From Octopus bimaculoides (taxonomy: Eukaryota), in NCBI RefSeq assembly GCF_001194135.2, contig NC_068986.1:69157954-69204380 (forward strand): a DNA stretch of 46,427 nucleotides. Direction: 5' to 3'. The position numbers and the translations under genes were made by a program. Shown piece by piece: positions 38,255-46,427 of this stretch (within the stretch, counting starts at the first letter, position 1; each line of letters begins with the position of its first letter). The notes under the pieces are model-generated. The model had not been told where the DNA came from and ran no database searches. It saw nothing but the letters and a program-made list of their open reading frames with translations.

Positions 38255-38481
38255 TAAAATAACTAGAAAGGATTCAAGAACTATTTTCTTCTTTAAGCAT
38301 CTTCGAAGGGAAATGTTAAAGTCATACTATGCAAAAAGAAAACAAAAGAAACGATAACGAAACAAAAATTACATTGCTTATTAATTAAAGACATGGTATT
38401 AATTTGTAACATTAATTCAGGGGTAAGTAATTCAGTTGATCGAACAACTGAATCATCATCGCCGAATGACTGAGAAGTGCC

Positions 38482-38537
<56 letters not shown>

Positions 38538-39499
38538 ACACACNNNNNNNNNNNNNNNNNNNNNNNNNNNNNNNNNNNNNNNNNNNNNNNNNNNNNNNNN
38601 NNNNNNNNNNNNNNNNNNNNNNNNNNNNNNNNNNNNNNNNNNNNNNNNNNNNNNNNNNNNNNNNNNNNNNNNNNNNNNNNNNNNNNNNNNNNNNNNNNNN
38701 NNNNNNNNNNNNNNNNNNNNNNNNNNNNNNNNNNNNNNNNNNNNNNNNNNNNNNNNNNNNNNNNNNNNNNNNNNNNNNNNNNNNNNNNNNNNNNNNNNNN
38801 NNNNNNNNNNNNNNNNNNNNNNNNNNNNNNNNNNNNNNNNNNNNNNNNNNNNNNNNNNNNNNNNNNNNNNNNNNNNNNNNNNNNNNNNNNNNNNNNNNNN
38901 NNNNNNNNNNNNNNNNNNNNNNNNNNNNNNNNNNNNNNNNNNNNNNNNNNNNNNNNNNNNNNNNNNNNNNNNNNNNNNNNNNNNNNNNNNNNNNNNNNNN
39001 NNNNNNNNNNNNNNNNNNNNNNNNNNNNNNNNNNNNNNNNNNNNNNNNNNNNNNNNNNNNNNNNNNNNNNNNNNNNNNNNNNNNNNNNNNNNNNNNNNNN
39101 NNNNNNNNNNNNNNNNNNNATATATATATATATATACATACATGCATATATACATAATATACACATATAAAACAAAGTATGTGTGTGTATGTGTGTGTAT
39201 AGTACGTATGCATTTCTACAGTTTTCAACCGACTTTCACCAAATTTTACACACATATTACTTATGTGCCAAGGATGGTCAAGAACTATAACATTTTCCCC
39301 AGAGCTCCCGGTAAAAACGGTGTTTTACATGGGTTTTTCTCTGAAATCGTCTGCTGTTTTCAATCGATTCTCTCCCTATTCTCTCTCTGTTACATTTCTC
39401 TCTTCTCTCTCTTTTTTCTCATTCTCTGTTCCTCTGGCTTGCACATATTCTCTCTCACCCTCTGCAATAGTTCATCTCTTTTAGTCTATGTCTGTTTCT

Positions 39500-39610
<111 letters not shown>

Positions 39611-40643
39611 AATCTCTCTTTAACTTACACACTAACTTCTGTCTACAAATTCGCTTCCGTGTATTTCAATTAGTCGTGCGTAAAAATCCCCGTTGTTACA
39701 GTTTTTGTACGTTCTCCTTGAAAAATAATTTAGTTATTTTAAATTTTTGTTCACCCAGTATGTTTAAATTGAGTTTTTCCACATCTGCTTAAAAACTGAT
39801 TTCAGTGTATTTCAATTTTGTCGTGCGTAAATATCTTTGTCTTTACAGTATTTGTACGTTCTCCCTACAACATTACTTACTTTAAATTTTTTGCATTCCG
39901 TCTATTTAAATACATTATAGAAAAACGTTGTGTGTGCGTACGTATGACTGCTATGGGCCACATACAGCCGATAAGCTTTTATTACTAACCAATGAGATTC
40001 TAACCACACCACTGAGCGGCCATGCGTTAGAAAAAGCTATCCTAAAGCGGCTCAAGTTTTTTCACTCAAGCTATTTACTTCTAGAGCTTTATACGCTCAA
40101 ACGGCGTTTGTAAGTTCTGTCTACCGATTGACTTCCGTGTATTTCAATTAGTCGTGCGTAAAAATCTCTTCTGTTACGGTTTTGTACGTTCTCCCCGAAA
40201 AATAATCTATTTTTAATTTTTGTGCACCCAGTGTGTTTAATTCAGTTTTGTCACATCTCCCCAAAAATTGACTCCAGTGTATTTCAATTTTGTCCTGCGT
40301 AAAAATCTTTGCCTTTACGGAATTTGTACCTTCTCCCAACAAAGGATGTCTGTGTGTGTAGTACGTATACATTTCTACAGTTTTCAACCGATTTTCACCA
40401 AACTTTACACACACATTACTTATGTTCCGAGGATGGTCATGCACTATAACATTTTGCCCAGAGCTCCCACCTAAAGCGAGAAACCGTGGAAAACGGTGTT
40501 TTACACGGGTTTTTCTCTTAAAAGTTCCGCAGTTTTCTACCGATTTTCTCCGTTTCTCTCTCTAAATTTCCTGCACTCCGTGTATTTAAATTTACTTTTG
40601 CCCCATCCGCATTTTGTAATTGAAGCTTCTAAACTCTGAGATA

Positions 40644-41020
40644 ATGCCACCTAAGAAAAGACCCTTATTGGTCATAAAACCGCTGCAGCAGAGACATCGA
40701 AGAGAATGAGAGTAAATGAATCCTCCCACGAGACTGCACGAAGACATTCACAAAATGTTGCTTGCACGGCCACCGCAAGAGCCAAAGAAAGCGAGGAGCA
40801 GCGTAGCAGTTGCAAGGTCAGAAATGTTTCATTAACAGCTTCAGTACACGCTAACCTGAGTCAGTCACAGCGCATTATTCGTCGTACAAGGGATGATACA
40901 GCAACTGCTGTTGCGCGAGCTGCGGAGAACGAAAAACATCGCGCCATTCGCCATGCCAGGAATGCTACAGCAACTGCTGCTGCGCGAGCTGCAGAGACCG
41001 AAGAACATCGTGCTATTCGC
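40644..41020 (+). pseudogene. Helitron RepHel-like N-terminus with 23-aa STPR-type repeats
   Basis: MPPKKRP-(1-nt frameshift)-IGHKTAAAETSKRMRVN then ESSHETARRHSQNVACTATARAK / ESEEQRSSCKVRNVSLTASVHAN / LSQSQRIIRRTRDDTATAVARAA / ENEKHRAIRHARNATATAAARAA / ETEEHRAIR. Confidence 0.7.
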
Positions 41021-43146
41021 TATTCTTTCTTTTTTATATGTATTTTCATCAATTTCAAGTCATTATACACCCATATATTTCAAATTTTCTAAGAAAAACT
41101 GATATTTTTGCGGTTGTGACATATTTCAAAAATATTTTGTACGTTTTTGTGAATTTTGACAAGTTTTGACATGGAATTCTGTCCGTTTTTCAGAAAAGCT
41201 TCGGCAGCGCTGGTCGTTAGACTAGAAAATATGTGTTCTTAGAATGACGANNNNNNNNNNNNNNNNNNNNNNNNNNNNNNNNNNNNNNNNNNNNNNNNNN
41301 NNNNNNNNNNNNNNNNNNNNNNNNNNNNNNNTATATATATATATATATGAGCCAAAAATAAAAACAACACAAAGGCGAGGTAAAAGAACAACAAATAGTG
41401 TGTATCAGGAAAATTGAAAGAAGTCTTTAACTTTTAGAGCCTACACTTGTCCGCAGAAAGGATAGATGGGGAGAGAAATAATATTTGGAGAGAAAAAAAC
41501 ATGTCTGAATTAAACGGTCACCGCGTGCTGAAATGACCTTAACTAATGAGTAAATCCAAATTATTGTTATTTGTTTCATTGTGAAATTAGTTTATTCACC
41601 TGTAATTTTTCAGATTACACATATTTACCAATTGTAGCAATGAGGAAATGATAATGAGAGTACAGACGCATACATCACCAACTATAAGAGGATATATATC
41701 TCCAAACATCAGGGATACATTTCCATACAAAACTGGATGTGTTAGGCGTTTGAAGTAAAATCTTCTAATTACTGAAAGTCATGCTTATTCATGAAATTGC
41801 TAAAAATTTATAAACGATTGGAATGAAATGTTTCTGTGTTATTTGTTAGATAGTTTTATCAGAAGAAGAAGATCGCCCCATGATATTTTCAGGAGTTCTG
41901 AAAATGATGTAGCGGTGAAGTAAAGAGAAACGACGAATTCTGATTCGGGCTTCTGCAGTTTCCATTTACTCAGTTTAGCTCATACAGCTTCTGTCTATCT
42001 GAGTGTGCGGAGCCATATAATTGCAAAGCGAACGTCTTAACTGACTGCCAAAGCTGCGCTCACAAATATGGCGTTCAAGCATTTCTCTTGCATACAATTT
42101 GATTAAAACTACATGTAGATTCTATTCGTCCTTAGTCTACGACTGTCCTATCTAATAAATTTTTAGATATATGTTAGAAAGTAATGGATAGAAGAATCTC
42201 TTTATACTTACATTAAGGCTTTTGAATCGTAATGATCAGATTTGTTGGCTTAGTTGGTAAAATAAAATACGCTTTTTTAATGGTTTCAAATCCTGCAAAT
42301 AAGAGAGAAGAAACAAAACAAAACAAAAACAAAACTGAATTTTCATCGTAATCGATGTCATTTGAGGTGAGCACAATCGAACTGCTTCAGAGGAGAACGA
42401 TTTTTTGCCTTTCGGAGTACAAACGGAAAACTTAAATAATTAACTAAAAACACGCTGTGAAAAACTAGCTCGTTTATTGTGTCACAGTCGAAGTTCTCTC
42501 ACAAGCAGCTGTTATCATATTAAGTCTGCAGATGAAGAACAGTCGACGTTTGTTGATAGTGAACCAGGAGAAGTTTAACCAGCTGGTGTCGTATTCAACA
42601 AGACCCATCAAACAAAACCAAACAGTTAAAGATTATCTGTGTGTTTACGTCTTCCCAAATAGGAGTTTTATCAACACTCAAATAGTTAGAGCAAGGAATA
42701 AGAGATAAGAGAGAGACAACTAGTCTGACGTCGAGCTAGATAGTTAGATAGCGAGATAGGCAGTCACACTTACGCTGAGATATAAAAATACACGCACGCG
42801 CGCGCGCAAGCACGCATTCGCACGAACGTTTTATGAGCAACATACATATACATACATATGTATATACAGAAGCAGAAATAGATATATACCAGAAAATTTC
42901 AAATAATCATACATACATAACTGCTCTCACTCTTATGTATGACTAAGAATAGGTAGTTAAATCATGCAGAGACACATAAAAACACTCGCACATGTATAAT
43001 GACATCTAGTTAAAACACAGTCACACACACACATTTATGTATATATAGATATATTATGCATCTATCTATCTATCTATCTATCTATTTGCATGAATGTGTA
43101 TGTATGTATGTGTTTGCTTTTGTGTGGGTGTTATAATGTGTGCATG

Positions 43147-43184
<38 letters not shown>

Positions 43185-44609
43185 TGTGTGTGTGAACATG
43201 TATGTAGTATATTCAAATATACACATCCATACATTTGCGTAGCTTTTGGGTTCACACACGAAAATGTAAAGTTATTTAGGGACAAATATAAAGGGTGGGG
43301 GCTGTCAGATAGTAAAAGAGATTACGGAAAGAGAAGTGTGTATGAGTGCATGCATGCGAGCGTGCGTTTGTGTGTGTGTGTGTGTGTGTATGTGTGTGAG
43401 AGGGAAGTGAGTGTGGAATATGTGAGTATAAGAGTTACAAAATTAAATGAATACAGAAATGAACAGTTGTCTAAATGAAAGCTGGATATAATCTAAAGGA
43501 ACGATTAAACAAAAAGCTGAGAAAATATCTGATGTTGAAAGATATAAATAGACAAGCTGGCGTGAATGAAAAGTTCCCTAAGTGTATGCACGAAGCTGTC
43601 ACCTTGCCTGCCAAAAAAAAAAAAAAAAAAATTAAAAACACTAAAGACAAAACAAAACAAAAAGAAAATAAAAAAGAAAATGGAAAAAATTTTTTCCCTT
43701 AAGCATGAATATTCAAGTTTCAGTAAAATTAATTCTTAATTCTTTGAAATTATCTCCCCCACCACTTTTAAGGTTGCTAACGAAAGCCACTAAGTATCTG
43801 CTTACTTTTCCTTACTTAATTTCAATTCAAAAAGAATTTTTAAATTCTAAACTACGTTATTCAGTACATAATTGCTTAACTAAATCTAACTTACTTGAAT
43901 TATGTAAATTTATGCAGTTGATGTTTTTAAATTACCGGCTTATTGAATTAGCGTGTTAGTGGCTGAGTATTCCATAGACAAATGCTAGAACTAGTGTGAC
44001 ACATCGTGTGACAAGATCCAAACTTTGGATTACAGGTGCTATACGGCTTCTATACACTTTCCCACAACCCAGTATTACGTACTCTCTCTCTCCTTCTCTG
44101 TCTGTCTCTCTCTCTCTGCCTCCTCTCTCTGTCTGTCTCCCACTCTCTCTGTCTCACTCTCTCTCTGTCACCTGTTCTCTCTGTCTTCCCCCCTCTCTCT
44201 CTCTCCCTATGTGTGTGTATGCGTGTGTCTGCGTGTGTGTGTGTGTGTGTGTGAAGCAGAACCTACAAAAATGTCCTTTGTCCAAGACGCCAACTACTAG
44301 TTTTGTACCAGAAGAATTGTGTTTACGTAGTGAACATAACCATTTGACAACACTGCGCTAATACATACATACATGCATACATACATACATACATACATAC
44401 ATGCATGCATGCATGCATGCATACATACATACATTCATACATACATACATACATACATACATACATACATACCTACATGCATACATATATACATACATAA
44501 TGACTCTAGACTCTTTGATGAGTATGACCATCAAATCTTATTTTAGATGTTAAAGACAATGACTGTCAGCAATGCCCGTGCTGAAACCTTAATAACAGCT
44601 TGCACAATA

Positions 44610-44910
44610 TCGCTTAGACTCTTACCTACAAAGGCAAATAGTCCAGAAACAAGCAAGAACAAAATCTCCGGCTTTGCAATGAGGTGGGTTGCTAATTCAG
44701 ACTTTGTTTCTCCTAGAAAGATGCCTAAACAAAGATTAGGGGTCTTTCACTCCCAGCTGTTGGATGGCCGTTGACTTATCTCCGTTCATCCGTCCTTTGA
44801 CAGGTTTTGTTTTACGACCTACACTGTCCAACGAAAACCACCCTTCTTACTAAACAGACATGAAAGGGTTGTCGACTTGGTTGCCAATGGCCCGACCATG
44901 CGACAAGTTG
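44610..44910 (-). mobile_element. RTE 5'-UTR-like repeat; related copy in opposite orientation at about 45290-45500
   Basis: Minus strand CTAGGAGAAACAAAGTCTGAATTAGCAACC resembles the RTE leader motif (from memory). Shared block AAAACAAA-CCT-GTCA--GGACGGAT...CAACGGC-AT-C in both copies. Confidence 0.5.
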
Positions 44911-45554
44911 TACTAAGTTACATGTTACTAATAGTGCTAAGAGTGATGAAACATAACATACTCACACGAATATATAATTACATAGTGCAGTTTAAATTCA
45001 AGTTATATGATAGCACCAGTATTTAAACTCCATGTGCATTCTCATCCACAAAAGAGAAAATTGCGAGGAGAATCTGTGTATTATGATTCAAGTTTCCTTT
45101 CACTGTTCTTGATAATTAGAAAGATCCAAGAGTACATATTGGAAAAACATAGCAGTAGTTATGTTGGGAAAACAGAGCAGTATCAGAAGAGTGAACTAGG
45201 AGTATCATAGTTAAGCTGCTAACTCTGGTATTATCTGGTACTTGTAGCATGTAAACCAGTACAATCTGGCAAATGGTAGAGTGGATGGTGACTAAACCAG
45301 TTCCCTCGCCTGACAAGTCAGTATGGGAAGGTTTTGTGGGCACCCTACTGGATTGAAAACAAACCTTGTCACTGGACGGATAAGTTTCTTGAAAACCAAC
45401 GGCTATTCACATCTCCACTGAGTATCAATAATGGAATAGCCTCACAGGAAAAGTCCTTATCTCAGGGCATCTATCATCTAGTAGCAAAATTTGCCTCTTA
45501 GGGAGCCTTATTACGTTGCACCTATAGGATAACCTTTCCTAATAGTTTCCAGGA

Positions 45555-45635
45555 ACTTGCCCAAGATGCCACGCAGTGGGACTAAACCAGAAACCATGTG
45601 GTTGGTAAGCAAGCTACTTACCTCACAGCCACTTC
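45555..45635 (-). mobile_element. Family B SINE head fragment
   Basis: ACTTGCCCAAGATGCCACGCAGTGGGACT...GGTTGGTAAGCAAGCTACTTACC; decayed relatives at about 13470-13635, 41945-42050 and 44280-44360. Confidence 0.7.
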
Positions 45636-45720
45636 TGCACTTATATAGTTATGTATACCTACCTATCTCTCTATATATACATATATATACACATATATTT
45701 ATGTGTGCGTGTATGTGTGT

Positions 45721-45950
45721 TATTTCTTTACTACCCACAAGGGGCTACACACAGAGGGGACAAACAAGGACAGACAAACGGATTAAGTCGATTATACCGA
45801 CCCCAGTGCGTAACTGGTACTTATTTAATCGACCCCGAAAGGATGAAAGGCAGAGTCGACCTCGGCGGAATTTGAACTCAGAACGTATCGGTAGACGAAA
45901 TACCGCTAAGCATTTCGCCCGGCGTGCTAACGTTTCTGCCAGCTCGCCGC
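45721..45950 (-). mobile_element. Young, near-consensus family A SINE inserted in a TG-rich microsatellite
   Basis: Intact A/B boxes and core; TSD GTGTATGTGTGT at 45709-45720 and 45951-45962. Confidence 0.9.
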
Positions 45951-46178
45951 GTGTATGTGTGTGTGTGTATGTGCGTGTGTGTATGTGTGTGTGCGTGTGT
46001 GTGTGTATGTGTGTGTGTGTATGTGCGTGTGTGTATGTGTGTGTGCGTGTGTGTGTGTATGTGTATGTTTGTGTGTATATACGTGCAATCGCGTTGGATA
46101 TATTGTCACCACCTTACCTATTCACCTTATCAGCTGCCGGTGAATGTATGTAATTACATACACACGCACACGTGCGCG

Positions 46179-46224
<46 letters not shown>

Positions 46225-46427
46225 GCTGGAGAATTGGATTAGATTATTTAATTATATCAACTGAGACGTGTTTCAGTGAAGATTATGAACCATGTCTCCA
46301 GTTTTGTTTCTGTATATGAACTCGGTGATCTTTCTAATGATGGAGATCAGTGAAAACATCCTATAATACACGAATTCCCTTCGTAGTTTTCTATTTTAGT
46401 GTATAAGAATTTCAATCGCACTATGTA

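Overview
AT-rich, repeat-dominated eukaryotic genomic scaffold with 12 N-gaps and dense microsatellites. The SINE families and microsatellite load suggest an octopus/cephalopod assembly; this is inference, not a database result. No intact protein-coding gene can be supported, and most ORF-track entries are microsatellite or N read-through. The window holds roughly 25 tRNA-derived SINE copies from three head families, decayed Tc1 (DD34E) and maT-like (DD37D) transposons, MITEs, LINE RT fragments, a Penelope-like GIY-YIG endonuclease remnant, and a Helitron-like composite with a 23-aa (STPR-type) repeat ORF remnant. Best leads: (1) a structurally complete type I hammerhead ribozyme at 517-590, with a decayed relative at about 3940-4010; (2) a 1001-bp long-TIR element with an 8-bp TSD that carries about 250 bp of TTAGGG-type repeats and sits in a SINE tail; (3) a recurrent head-to-tail SINE dimer junction; (4) several exon-like segments on the minus strand that may belong to a decayed multi-exon gene (low confidence).
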